Source of the DNA: Macrostomum hystrix
Taxonomy: Eukaryota > Animalia > Platyhelminthes
Direction: 5' to 3'
Length of the DNA stretch: 64,000 nucleotides
Assembly: GCA_950097015.1 (NCBI GenBank)
Contig: CATNEN010000033.1
Span: forward strand, 1,798,001-1,862,000
Part shown: one piece after another, positions 33,446-46,746 of the stretch
Position numbering within the stretch: position 1 is the stretch's first letter
How the letters are laid out: every line of letters begins with the position of its first letter
The notes under the pieces: model-generated
What the model was told of the DNA's origin: nothing
What the model saw: only the letters and a program-made list of their open reading frames with translations
The model's database searches: none
Made by a program: the position numbers and the translations under genes

Positions 33446-34142
33446 CCCCGCTGCTGCTGTTTCTGCTGCTGCTGCTGTTCAAGCTTTTTGGGGCCATAAA
33501 TTTACTACTTACCATTTTACCCAGTTTTTCGTCCTTTGTCCCTACAAACAAACGCATCATTTACATGCGTACAGCAGGTCCTTATCCCTATATTTTTCCA
33601 TCTTTATGCTCATCGCTTTTATATTTACAAATAAAAGTTCAAATGCGCCGTATTTACACCCTTATGCTCCGTTTTTATAGCTGAAAAGGCCGCATTGACA
33701 ATAGTTATATTTCACTCGATTTAAAGCCGTATTTACATCTGGCCGATTTTACTCTGTCGAGCTAAGGTTGGAGACTATTTAAATATCTGATTTACTAAAT
33801 GTTGAGCAAAAAACTCACTTACAAAATGCAATTATCCTTTTGTAGAACTTGACGACTACAAGTCCGCTTGAGATGACACAAAATCTACATTTCTGAATTT
33901 TCAAGTTCTGTGAGTTCTGTGCAAGCAGCCAATGGGGCCAATGGAAAAACGTCTGCATTAACTGGAACTAAAAAACGCCCCTTTATACTTCTTAAAAATT
34001 GAAATAACTAAAAACTAAACAGGTAAACTTATTAAGCGAAGTCCGCTCTCGGCAGCATGGTCCGAGAACCATGTACTAGAAAATATAGTAGATAGTCCTG
34101 TTTTTAATGTTCTAGTGATAGAGACAAAATTAACAGTAGAAC

Positions 34143-34689
34143 TACCAAGGGGGGGATTTTTCCCTTTTTGCTGCACCCGAAAGGAACAATGCAAGCACAC
34201 GAAACTCAAGAACACAGGCCAACTTTTTGTTGCGCATCTTCTGAAACAAGAAACAAGTCGCTAGCTCTTCAGACCGTCGAGATATTCAATGTTTCTGGCC
34301 GAAAGTCCGATTTTTTCCTATAAGAGCTAGTGTATTTCATACACCCCTATACACGAATTTGCACTGCGCCTCAGTGCGGCCTTTCCAGACCTTCAAACTT
34401 TATCAGCATGTCACCCGAATGTGCCTGCATCATCTCTGACTTCGGCGGTCACCGAACCTTATCTAGATCTATCTCTCTTATCTATCTAGACGTTCAAGAG
34501 CAACAACAGGTGGAACTAGGCCACTATGGACACCCTGACGCGAACTCCTTCAATTTCACTCTTCAAGCCTAACTATTAGGCGCAGCTCAACCACAGGACA
34601 CCCTCGACTAGTCTGTCAACCAATCAGTCGCCCCCAAAGCGCTGGCAAAAACATTTTCAGGGGGGAGGGAAATTCCCCCCCCCTTGGTA
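34143..34689. mobile_element. Putative MITE with ~23-bp imperfect TIRs
   Basis: taccaagggggggatttttccct / agggaaattcccccccccttggta; outermost TA may be the target duplication; no coding capacity. Confidence 0.45.
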
Positions 34690-35933
34690 TAAAAACGGGC
34701 GGCAAAATGGCTTGGTAGTCCTACTGTTAAACACTAATTTAGTTGCCCTGGTGAACACGACAGTAGCGGATGCAAATTCTAATCATTCAAACCATGCCCA
34801 AACAAGAAATACAAACAATGGCAACTCTTACTTACCACTGTCCGGAAAATTAACAAAAATAAATAATTGCTTACGATGCAGACTTCCAGGATTTCTTAGA
34901 GAAGATGCGACTGGGGCAGAGAGTTTCGCGCCACTTCATATACGAGACGCCAAATTTTTTTAGACTGGATCAAATTTCGTCCCTTCCCAGTTCCCACCAA
35001 CCAATACGAGAAGCGGGGGCGAAAGCGAAAGCGAGTTCCACTCTAGCCGATCGATAAAATTCAGCCACCACCCCACACGCATCACCCCAAACGGGACAGA
35101 CGACAAGATAAAAAATGAAAGCAACCCCCAGGCTCTCATTGGCCAAGGCGGGCAGACGCTCTCAACACAGCAGCACTCAGAAGCTGAGGAATAACGAAAA
35201 TTGAAAGCTGTAAACAGCGCGGCTGTTCAGAACTGACTTATTTACGAGACTGAAAGTATTTACTTTATTAGATAGACTTATCTACATTTTCTTAGACTGG
35301 CCATAGGAGAAGCATTGCAACTTGCATTACAGGACGAAACAAAACTTAACTAACTTTTCAATTATGAAGCATTTTTATTATACTTAAATAAGTTTTGTCA
35401 CTAACAAAATTATTAAAACATATGAATGTAACACCCAGTGCACACGAGCAGGCACAGTATATTAGAAGAAGATTAAAATCTTAAAATCTAAATTTATTGA
35501 TCGACACACCACTAACAAAACGAATGCAATATGCAACTTCAAGGAGCAGAACTGAAGAGCAAAGCTATTCAGATATAGAAAGATGTAAACCATTGTGTAC
35601 TAGTACGAGTACATTATAAGGTACATATGCTGATGCTGACCAGAGAATACGGACTGCTTAAAAAGATGCGTCACAAAATTAGTCAGCCTTCAAAATTTCA
35701 TGGACTGTTCTTTAACATTGTCATTTTAAGGACTTCAGCTAAACTTAAAATGTTGCGGCTACTTCAGCTACTAAGAGTAGTAAGTGAAGGTCAGAATCGA
35801 AACTTACCGAGTTCTCAACTAGTTTAATGCTCACATTTAAAGGTACCGGTCATTGAGCGTTCGTTTTTAGGATAAATTGAGTCGGGATTCGGTGCGAATT
35901 TCGGTCGAATCCTTGGCACAGAGCGCCAAGCCC

Positions 35934-38900
35934 CTAGGACTCTGTGCCCGACTGCGCCAGGCCGACTGCGCGACAGAAGCCGGACAGGTCGCGCGCTTCA
36001 ATAAGCGACTTCAGAGCCGACACTCGCTGGCTGACATCGACCTCGCCGCTGCCAACAGCCGCTGAGCCGGTTGTAGTCGTCGCCGAGGTCTCAAAGGCCA
36101 TTCGGGCTGCTGTCTGTCTGGCCAGGCTCCAGACCGGACTGTCCGACTGACGTCCCGGCTGCAGCAGGCGCAGAGCCATGGCATAGTTTGACAGTGCCTG
36201 CAAGCAATTTGTTCGTGGTTGATTGGAAACTGATCCTGTCACTATAAGGCAACTAATACTATAGGGGAAGGCAGTGGGTAGCAGAGCGGTTAACAAGCTC
36301 GCTTCTCCTCGCACCAAGTTGCCTGGCTGGCTTGTTGTTGTTTCCTCGGCGACGACATATTGATTTGGGGCCAGCCTCCAAGGCCCACTGAGAGTGTACA
36401 AAATTTAATGCAGTTGTACACACCTGTGTAGTACCTGCGCACATTATTTGTGTGCTTTCGTTTTCAGGAGTCAGTGCAGAATGGCCTACCGCTGGCTGCG
36501 GGTCTACTGTTAAAATATATTGTGTCACAGTACCCGCAGCCACCGCAGCCAACCAATAGCTGATAAGCAACTCAAATCCCACCCACAGCTGATAAGCAAG
36601 TCAAATCCCACCCACAGCTAATAAGCAACTCAAATCCCACCCACAGCTGATAAGCAACTCAAATCCCACCCACAGCTAATGAGCAACTCAAATCCCACCC
36701 ACAGCTAATAAGCAACTCAAATCCCACCCACAGCTGATAAGCAACTCAAATCCCACCCACAGCTAATAAGCAACTCAAATCCCACCCACAGCTAATAAGC
36801 AACTCAAATCCCACCTGATCGTAAGCCCGGAGGCTGTGACAGGCAATGCCGAGGTTGGCGCGGGCGCGTACAAACCCTGGCGCCAGGCTCAGGGCGCGCC
36901 TGTAGGCCTGCACCGCTTCTTCGTGTCCGCCGCTGTTGGCCAGGGTGGCGCCCAGTTTGTTCCAGGCCAGGTAATCGTCCGGATGCACCTTGGAACAATA
37001 GGACAGGTGGCGAGTACGATATTTTGCGAAGGGACATTTTAATAAATGTCTGGCTTAGTTAAACAAGTCATTTGGGAATGAATTTGCTCAGCACGGGATG
37101 TGCACAGCAGGGAATTTGGGATCCGTGGCATGGGAACGAGTGTAGGCCTGTTGCTGAATCCAATAGTGCGCATGCATCGCTGTCGGGTCGCACCTGCAGG
37201 GCGGCTCTGAACGAGTCCGCAGCGCGCTGGAAGTCGCCGTGCAGATTGTATAGCGTCCCAAGAGCCAGCTGCAGCTCCGGATCCGGCGAGCCGGCGGTCT
37301 GCCGGGCCTGCCGCGGCCAGCAGGAGCCGTTCGCAGCGCGAGAACTCGGCGTAGGTGGCGAAGCCGCCGACAGTTGGCGCGGCAGCCTCGGCGACATCGT
37401 CGGAGGCCAGATCGGCGTAAACCGGATTGGCGCTCAGCCAGCCGACTAGGGCCTGCACGGCCTCCGAGTTGCGCAGCTCGTTTGTGTAGCTGCGGGCCAG
37501 AGACAGAAGGGCCGCCCGATCGTCCGGCGCTAACGACAGACAGCGCTGGCAGGCCAGGATGGCGTCGGATTCGCGCTCGGATTCAGCCAGCGCGATGCCC
37601 AGGTGGCGCCAGGCCGCCGCGCTGTCTGGATTCCTGGCCGCGGCAGCTTCGAATAGAAGGACGGCTTCCGGGACGCGGCCCTGACGCATTGCGGCCAGTC
37701 CGGCGCCAAGGGGATCCGCCTCTTCCGCATGCGGATTGTCCGCCTGTTGCAATTGTGGTAGATTGGGATTCCCAGGTGCCTTCACTACTTTAAGGATCTG
37801 GTGAGACAGGATGTGGATTATGGGTTTATTGTTATAATGAATGGGATTATCGGGAGAATGAATGGGATTATCGGGAGAATGAATGGGATTATCAGGAGAA
37901 TGAATGGGATTATCAGGAGAATGAATGGGATTATCGGGAGAATGAATGGGATTGTAGGGAGAATGAATGGGATTATCAGGAGAATGAATGGGATTGTAGG
38001 GAGAATGAATGGGATTATCGGGAGAACGAATGAGATTATCGGGAGTATGAATGAGATTATCGGGAGAACGAATGGGTTTATCGGGAGAGGGAATTGGATT
38101 AACGTGGGAAAGAATGAGATTATCGGGAGAATGAATGGGATTATCGGGAGAATGAATGGAATTATCGGGAGTATGAATGGGATTATCGGGAGAATGAATG
38201 GGATTATCGTGGGATTCACTGTTTAGACTCACTTGGAAGTTGTATTCCCGCTTCGCTTCGCTAGCCGATGCAGCTGCTGCCGACGCTGCCGCCGAGTCAA
38301 CGCCAGCCGCCATATCGTCATCCAGGTAGCGCGACCAGGTGCGCGACAAGTCTTCCCAGAAGCGATCCTTCTCGGCGTCTGACTCCGAGTAGGTGCCGGC
38401 GCGTAGCCGCTCTAGCGCGGTAGCCAGGCGCTCCTCCGGCTGGTGATAATCCGTGTCCATGTCGTCGAAGTGCGCCGCCTGCGGTTGCAGCAGCAGATGG
38501 TCTCGCTCGGCCAGGAAGTTTGCGCCCCAGCTGGGCTGCTCAACCGAGGCGGCGGCGGCGGTGGACTGCGGCGGCAGAAGCATCGGATTCGAGGCTCCAC
38601 GCATCATGAGCATCGGAAGGCTGCTCAAGGATTGCGGCCCTAAAGCGGCTGATGGCAGCGCTCGGATTGAGTAAATTCTACTCAGTATGGCCCCACTGCA
38701 TACCTCTAACCCTGCGATCATTTCAATCTTTGTCCCGCCTACGCTGTGAACCCTGAGTTACATGAGATACCTGACATTTATTGAAATACTCATTTAAATC
38801 CTTGTAATCCCCATAGTTCCTGTGATCCTTATGATTCCTTTAATCCCCATGATTCCTGTGATCCTCATGATTACTGTGATCCCCATGATTCCTGTGATCC

Positions 38901-40250
38901 TCATGATTACTGTGATCCCCATGATTCCTGTGATCCTCATGATTCCTGTGATCCCCATGATTCCTGTGATCCTCATGATTACTGTGATCCCCATGATTCC
39001 TGTGATCCTCATGATTCCTGTGATCCCCATGATTCCTGTGATCCCCATGATTCCTGTGATCCTCATGATTCCTGTGATCCCCATGATTCCTGTGATCCTC
39101 ATGATTACTGTGATCCCCATGATTCCTGTGATCCTCATGATTCCTGTGATCCCCATGATTCCTGTGATCCTCATGATTACTGTGATCCTCATGATTCCTG
39201 TGATCCCCATGATTCCTGTGATCCTCATGATTCCTGTGATCCCCATGATTCCTGTGATCCTCATGATTCCTGTGATCCCAGTAATCGTTGAGATTATGAA
39301 AATCTCCGTGACCACAATTCTCCCTGCAATACTCTGTGTTTCACCCCAACCATAGGAGGCCGGGCAGCAGACTCACCAGCAGCCATTGAGGATACGGCGG
39401 GTGTCGAAGCGGAGGCGTGAAAGCCAGAGCTGACTGACGCAGCCGCAGCGGAGGCGGAAGCTGCGTCTGGAACAGGCCGAGGCTGCGGAGAACGCCAGGG
39501 CCTCAGCCAGCAGCGCCTGCATGCTGAACGTCTGGGGCGCCAGAACTGTCCCGGCACCCTAGGACGTGGCAGGATGGGACAAAATTCAGGATTCGTGAGC
39601 ACCATATTTATAGTCTCAAAAATGTTTATCCAGCAGACATTTTTATGAGCAATGTCCTGACAGACCGGATTTGACACTTGCGTATTCACTTCACTTTTAT
39701 TCCAAAGTATCAAAGTATCACTTATCAGATAATCCCAATCCTGAACTTCCCCTACCAAGCTGATCCCATTCCCCTGTGCCCTCCCTACCAAGCTGATCCC
39801 ATTCCCCTGTGCCTTCCCTACCAAGCTGATCCCATTCCACTGTGCCCTCCATACCAAGCTGATCCCATTCCACTGTGCCCTCCCTAACAAGCTGATCCCA
39901 TTCCACTGTGCCCTCCCTACCAAGCTGATCCCATTCCCCTGTGCCCTCCCTAACAAGCTGATCCCATTCTACTGTGCCCTCCCTACTAAGCTGATCCCAT
40001 TCACGTGTTACTAAGGAGCCTCAGCAACAATGGAACTATGGAACATTTCCCTAGTTCCTTTTTGGTTAAAGTGCGGCAACGTGAGGCCCACCTGCTGCTG
40101 CTGCTGCTGCTGAGCTCGGATAACGGCCGCGTGCCCCAACTCCTGCCTGTGCGCCTGATCCGGCCTGGTCACGTGCTGGCTCAAGCTGACCAGCGCGTTC
40201 TGCCCGGCGCAGCCCGGCTCAGCCAATCGGCGGGCAAGCGACTCGGCCAT
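35934..40250 (-). CDS. PEX5: Peroxisomal targeting signal 1 receptor (TPR), 6 exons, with apparent frameshifts
   Basis: Exons ~40250-40092, 39558-39377, ~38640-38233, 37743-37194, 36988-36815, 36197-35934; N-terminal Cys motif ([10 protein letters not shown]), [13 protein letters not shown], WxxxF-type motifs, TPRs AWRHLG..., [12 protein letters not shown]. Confidence 0.9.
36558..36812. repeat. 31-bp tandem repeat in a PEX5 intron
   Basis: aagcaactcaaatcccacccacagct(g/a)at units. Confidence 0.95.
37838..38210. repeat. 21-bp tandem repeat in a PEX5 intron
   Basis: aatgaatgggattatcgggag units. Confidence 0.95.
38810..39280. repeat. 18-bp tandem repeat in a PEX5 intron
   Basis: attcctgtgatcc(c/t)catg units. 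Confidence 0.95.
39750..40005. repeat. 33-bp tandem repeat in a PEX5 intron
   Basis: ccctaccaagctgatcccattcccctgtgccct units. Confidence 0.9.
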
Positions 40251-40409
40251 CCGCAGTTTTCTAGCAGCTATTTTAGTCCAAACAATGTCCGGCAGCGAGA
40301 AATTTACACTGCAATGAGTGCAATCATTTTTACTCTATTTACTTAAATGGGAATTTAATTTAATCTTACAGTAATGGATTGAAGCATACTGTGTTTAGTG
40401 GTAGTGTAG

Positions 40410-40780
40410 CGGGAATGTGTATACTGTAAGTGGGAATGTGTACACTGAAAATCTGAATGTGTATACCGTTAGTGGGAATGTGTACACTGAAAATCTGAAT
40501 GTGTATACTGTAAGTGGGAATGTGTACACTGAAAGTGGTAATGTGTACACTGAAAGTGGGAATGTTCATACAGAAAATGGGAATGTGTACACTGAAAGTA
40601 GGAATGTGTATACAGATTGTCGTAATGTGTACACTGAAAGTGGGAATGTGCACACTGAAAGTGGGAATGTGTACACTGAAAGTGGGAATGGGTACACTGA
40701 AAGTGGGAATGGGTACACTGAAAGCGGGAATGTGTACACTGAAAGCGGGAATGTGTACACTAAAAGTGGGAATGTGTACA
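40410..40780. repeat. 21-bp tandem repeat between WASHC1 and PEX5
   Basis: gtgggaatgtgtacactgaaa units. Confidence 0.95.
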
Positions 40781-41339
40781 TTTGTTGGAATGCTTGGATT
40801 GGCCAGTCAATTTGCTGCTTTCTAGTCTAGCAACTAAAAGAGAAACTGAAAGCATTTTGCTTTGAAGCACAGTTTAATTTTAATGGTATCATCAATTGAA
40901 ATGTATTTGATTGCAGAGCAGTACAATGAAGTGTTTAGAAAAGGAAAATTATTATGCTTTTGTAAGAATATAGCTCGTAAGAAATCATTCACTCAAACTC
41001 AATAAAAATTCCTGTAAAAATCGGCGCCAGCATGTGTATATTAGCATAGAAAAATCATTAATTGAACTCGTAAATAATAAAAAAGTGGCCTCATTTTTTC
41101 AAAAAGACAATTTAGCACGTGTGAAAAGGAAAACATGATATATAACTAGAACAATAGCGAGTTGTTTGCAAAAAACAATCAAGATTTTATCCAGAAAATT
41201 GTGCGGAAAAAACCTGTTGGTTCCGGAACCTGAACCTGTGACTTCACTGAACTCAAGACATTCGATACGAATTTTAAACTGCATAAAAATCTTCTTCTAA
41301 AAAATCCAAGAATTAGTTCTGGTCTCTTGCGCCATTGCG

Positions 41340-43312
41340 TCAGTCCAGCCAGTCGCGATCATCGCCGCCGCTGTCGCTGCCACCGGCTGCTGTCTCGGCC
41401 GCGTTCTGAGCGATCATTGCGCTGACTGTGTCGAACATTGTGCTACCAGTGCCGCTGCCGCTGCCGCTACCGTTGCCGCCGCCGCCGCCGCCACCGCTAC
41501 CTCCGCCGGCGATGCCTTGACGTCGTTTGCTCAGCCGCATCTTCAACTGCGACATCATGTCCATGCCACCAATGTCTCCACCGGCGGCTCGAGCACCGCC
41601 GACTCCGGCCTCGGCGCCGCCGTCCGCCGTCTCACGATCGTCTCTTAGCCGACGCTTTCTCTCAAGCTTTCTCTCCTTGACGGACTTCAGCTTGGCTTTG
41701 CCGGCTCCACCCGCTTGCCGGATGGCGTCCAACAGGCTGGCCCGTGAAGAGTTGGGCGCTGCCACCGCGCCGGGCAGATCGCCGGGCGGAGGCGGCGGTG
41801 GAGGCGGCGGTGGCGGTGGTGGCGGCGGTGGAGGCGGAGGAGGAGGTGGCGGCGCACCAGACGGCGGAGGTGGTGGTGGAGGTGGGGGCGGAGGCGGAGG
41901 TGGCGGAGGCGGTGGTACAGACGCCGACATTGGAGACGCAACCGGCGCAGTAGAAGCCGCAAAGGCGCCGGCAGACGTCGGCAGCGGCGGCGGTGGCAAG
42001 TCGCCGAGACTGCTGAGAATGTTGGTGGCAGCAGAAGGCGCAATGCCGGGGCCCAAGTCACCGCTGTATTCTACATTCTCGGCGATGCCGGCCAGCTGTG
42101 GGAGGCGACTCGGCAGGCTCTCCATGTCGGGCACGGCGCCCAGAGTTGGCACGTAGAGCAGCGAATCGGCGCCAGGAGCTTCCAGCCTGTCGCCAAGTAG
42201 GATGCTGTCCGGAGCCTGGCCGGGTGTCGGCCCTCCAGATCCGGCCGAGTCGTCAGGCGCTGTGGCGCGCACCTTATGGACCACACCCAGTGTATCCAGC
42301 AGGCTGTACTTTCTGTAAGGATTCTCGGCTGTGTTAAATAGCAGGAGGCTGCTCAGCGACCGAAGACCAGGTGGTGGTCGCCCCAAACCTTCAGCTGCGG
42401 CGGCGGCGTTGGCAAGTCGGCCAGTTGGCGGACGCAGCATCAAAAACATGTAATGCCGCTTCTCATGCAGCATGGCATCCGTCAGGGCCTCGTGCTGAGC
42501 GACCACCCGGCGGATTGCAGTTTGGACAATCGCCGCGGTCTCCGCAGCCGCATCGTTGATATTTGCAGCTGGAGGAGGCGCGTAGGGCGACAGAAAGGAT
42601 GGAGCGGAGTCGCCGCCGGCGGGAAATTTGGGCACGGCAAATACCTGCGCGAGTGTTTGAGTAGTGTGTGTGCTCTCATCCCTGAGCTGGTGTTTGAGTA
42701 GTGTGGGTGTGTGCTGGCATCCCTGAGCTGTTGTTTGAGTAGTGTGGGTGTGTGCTGGCATCCCTGAGCTGGTGTTTGAGTAGTGTGGGTGTGTGCTGGC
42801 ATCCCTGAGCTGGTGTTTGAGTAGTGTGGGTGTGTGCTGGCATCCTTGAGCTGGATGTTTGAGTAGTGTGGGTGTGTGCTGGCATCCTTGAGCTGTTGTT
42901 TGAGTAGTGTGGGTGTGTGCTGGCATCCTTGAGCTGTTGTTTGAGTAGTGTGTGTGCTCTCATCCCTGAGCTGGTGATTGAGTAGTGTGTGTGTGTGTGT
43001 GCTCTCATCCCGGAGCTGGTGTTTGAGAAGTGTTTGAGCAGCATTTCAGCATACCTGCACAGCCCTGGTGGTGCTCTTCAGAGCGTCGATCCGGGCCTGG
43101 CAGTCGGCCGCCCGTCGCTGGACTCGCTCGCACTCAGCCCGCTGCTCGCCCAGCCGCTTGGCCAGCCGGTCGAACACAAGCTCGGCGGCGCGAGCCACTT
43201 CGCCCAGCGCGTCGGCAGTCTGCACCAGCAGCTCCTCGTGGCGCAGGTCCGATGACGGCGGCCTGATGGACAGCCGCCAGGTCTGCTGCTGCTGCTGCTG
43301 CAACAGGCCCAT
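41340..43312 (-). CDS. WASHC1: WASH complex subunit 1 (WAHD, polyproline, VCA), exons 43312-43055 and 42644-41340, about 520 aa
   Basis: DLRHEELLVQTADAL..., VFAVPKFPA, FNTAENPYRKY, polyPro, WH2 SLLDAIRQAGGAGKAKLKSV, C helix MSQLKMRLSKRR, acidic DDRDWLD. Confidence 0.92.
42655..43030. repeat. About 41-bp tandem repeat in the WASHC1 intron
   Basis: gagtagtgtgggtgtgtgctggcatccctgagctggtgttt units. Confidence 0.9.
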
Positions 43313-43344
43313 AATACCTGACATTGCAGTGAGAGCTCTCAATT

Positions 43345-44965
43345 TTACTGAAGCTGCGCTCAGTCCAGTCATTGCTGACTGCAGCCACCTCAGTCCAGTC
43401 ACTAATGACCGCAGCCACCTCAGTCCAGCCACTACTGACTGCAGCCACCTCAGTCCAGTCACTACTGACTGCAGCCACCTCAGTCCAGTCACTAATGACC
43501 GCAGCCATCCTCAGTCCAGTCACTACTGACCGCAGACATCCTCAGTCCAGCCACTACTGACCGCAGCCATCCACAGTCCAGTCACTACTGACTGCAGCCA
43601 CCTCAGTCCAGTCACTACTGACTGCAGCCACCTCAGTCCAGTCACTAATGACCGCAGCCACCTCAGTCCAGCCACTACTGACTGCAGCCACCCTCAGTCC
43701 AGTCACTACTGACCGCAGCCATCCACAGTCCAGTCACTAATGACCGCAGCCACCCTCAGTCCAGTCACTACTGACCGCAGACATCCTCAGTCCAGCCACT
43801 ACTGACCGCAGCCATCCACAGTCCAGTCACTAATGACCGCAGCCATCGTCAGTCCAGTCACTAATGACCGCAGCCACCTCAGTCCAGTCACTACTGACCG
43901 CAGCCATCCACAGTCCAGTCACTACTGACCGCAGCCACCTCAGTCCAGCCACTACTGACTGCAGCCACCTCAGTCCAGCCACTACTGACTGCAGCCACCT
44001 CAGTCCAGCCACTACTGACTGCAGCCACCTCAGTCCAGTCACTAATGACCGCAGCCACCTCAGTCCAGTCACTACCGACTGCAGCCACCTCAGTCCAGTC
44101 ACTAATGACCGCAGCCACCCTCAGTCCAGTCACTACTGACCGCAGCCATCCACAGTCCAGTCACTAATGACCGCAGCCACCCTCAGTCCAGTCACTACTG
44201 ACCGCAGACATCCTCAGTCCAGCCACTACTGACCGCAGCCATCCACAGTCCAGTCACTAATGACCGCAGCCATCCTCAGTCCAGTCACTAATGACCGCAG
44301 CCACCTCAGTCCAGTCACTACTGACCGCAGCCACCTCAGTCCAGCCACTACTGACCGCAGCCACCTCAGTCCAGCCACTACTGACTGCAGCCACCTCAGT
44401 CCAGCCACTACTGACTGCAGCCACCTCAGTCCAGTCACTAATGACCGCAGCCACCTCAGTCCAGTCACTACCGACTGCAGCCACCTCAGTCCAGTCACTA
44501 ATGACCGCAGCCACCCTCAGTCCAGTCACTACTGACCGCAGCCATCCACAGTCCAGTCACTAATGACCGCAGCCACCCTCAGTCCAGTCACTACTTACCG
44601 CAGACATCATCAGTCCAGCCACTACTGACCGCAGCCATCCACAGTCCAGTCACTAATGACCGCAGCCACCTCAGTCCAGTCACTAATGACCGCAGCCACC
44701 TCAGTCCAGTCACTACTGACCGCAGCCACCTCAGTCCAGTCACTACTGACTGCAGCCACCTCAGTCCAGTCACTACTGACCGCAGCCACCTCAGTCCAGT
44801 CACTACTGACCGCAGCCACCTCAGTCCAGTCACTACTGACCGCAGCCACCCTCAGTCCAATCACTACTGACCGCAGCCACCTCAGTCCAGTCACTAATGA
44901 CCGCAGCCACCTCAGTCCAGTCACTAATGACCGCAGCCATCCTCAGTCCAATCACTACTGACCGC
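43345..44965. repeat. 30-bp tandem repeat (1.6 kb) directly upstream of the WASHC1 start
   Basis: gcagccacctcagtccagtcactactgacc units. Confidence 0.97.
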
Positions 44966-46746
44966 AGCACGTCAGGCTCTAATAAAGTGTAAAAATGAAA
45001 AACCAGTTGCTACTGAGAAAACACAGCACAGTGACTGGACAAGCACTGCTGGTATATTTACAAAAATAGACAGAACCTGAAAAAGCTCACACAGGAATTC
45101 CAGCTAAGACAAGCAAGTGCAGCAAAAGCGCACAGAATGCTATTCAATATTCTGCTATCATTTGCTACAGAAAAATACACGGACAGACACTTCAGCGCCA
45201 TCTAGAGCACATTATTTAATTTGAAAAAAATATAATGAACACAGTCACGTGACTTTACGTAATGAAAGAGACTGATGATAAAACAAAATCAAAATACTAA
45301 ATAACTAAATAATGAGGATCTGAAAACTGAATTTATGCCGGGTGTGACATGAGGAGAGGAGGGAGCAAACGTGCGAAAGTATTGTGATAGAAATGCACAG
45401 CTCCGTCTGCAGAGAGTCGCCATGAGCACAGTGTGAGACTGATCGGATGGTATGCATGAACTATTGGGTTTAGAGGATAGAAATATGTAACAATGTATGA
45501 ATTTAGATGATCCTATATGTGTCGAAAAATTGTTTTGTTTGTTAACAACTTTGGAGCTTCGATCGTAATATAAAAAATATGCTATGACATTAGACCCATC
45601 CGATATGTGTTGAAAAAAATAACGGTAAATACCCTGTGGTCGTCGGCGACAAAGTCAACGGTTATGATTTTTAGTTTAACGTATTTGCATTGAAAATGTT
45701 GCTCATGCTTTCAAAAACCCCAAGATCCGTAAAGCAACTAAGTAAAGATTACTTCTGTCGTAACAGAAGATTTCAGACGATTTTTCGGAACCGATATGCT
45801 TTGAAAAACTCTAATTCATCACCCCTAAGTTACCTATCTGTATCTAGAAAAGAAGTAATTTGAGAAGGAGTGACATCACTGACAAGCAAGAGCTTAGAAG
45901 ACAGACAAACGGCTGGCACTTCAAATTCAGATAGAAAATAAGTATCGAAAATAGCAAAAATTCCAACAGTGAAGCGAAAAACATGATTATTCTTAAAACA
46001 GACCTGCTGGAGAGAAGGCAGTGGCTGCTGATATTGGCTATTTATGTAACACAATAACTGAGCTGGGCATGACGAGAATTGCTGTGTCTAGTGTTGGAAC
46101 TCCTGTTATTGGAATTCTGAAAAACAATTATTAAGAAAAAACTAATTAAAGCCAACAAAAATGGGTCCTCCAAAACGTTTAAAATACAAATGGCAAGCAG
46201 ATTGCTCATAAAAATTTGTGACAGTTGAAATTTACCAAATTTACCAAATAAAAGTATTGCAGTCTAGATGGAGTTTTCCTCGTTCGTTCCCCTACAATTA
46301 GAATCTACACAGCATTGCACAACAGATCCCTCCGAATCTTAAGCCACAACGCCAGTCAAATCTTTAGTCACGCTGGGACTGCGACGGAGCTGTCGCATGA
46401 AGACCCGGAATCTACCAGAGTCGGCGTCGTCTGGGACCACGTGCAGGGTGAACTTCGACTCGCTCTCCATCTGAGCCACAAGCTGCGGGATTGGCGGAGA
46501 CGCCAGCCAATCAGCAACGAATAGTGAAAGGGGAAATCCAAAGCTTCATGTTTCAGATATAGGAGTTTATTCTATTTTTAGCGTACAGAAAATCCTAATC
46601 ATGTGACCCATTTCAGCTAATGAGAGCTTTCGACCTTGAAACACGCGTGGAGAGGATGATAGGAAAGACTGAACGAAAAGATAACGCTAACGCCAGGCCC
46701 TAAATAGGCAAGAAAACCTCAAGGTACAAAGCATCATCAGCCTCAC

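Noticed and set aside
37039-38721. 560-aa ORF as a single PEX5 exon with a SPDNPIH repeat domain
   Set aside because: The repeat block is bounded by GT (38232) and AG (37744) sites and is an in-frame intron
41527-42156. Gly-rich 209-aa + strand ORF
   Set aside because: Reverse complement of the WASHC1 polyproline region
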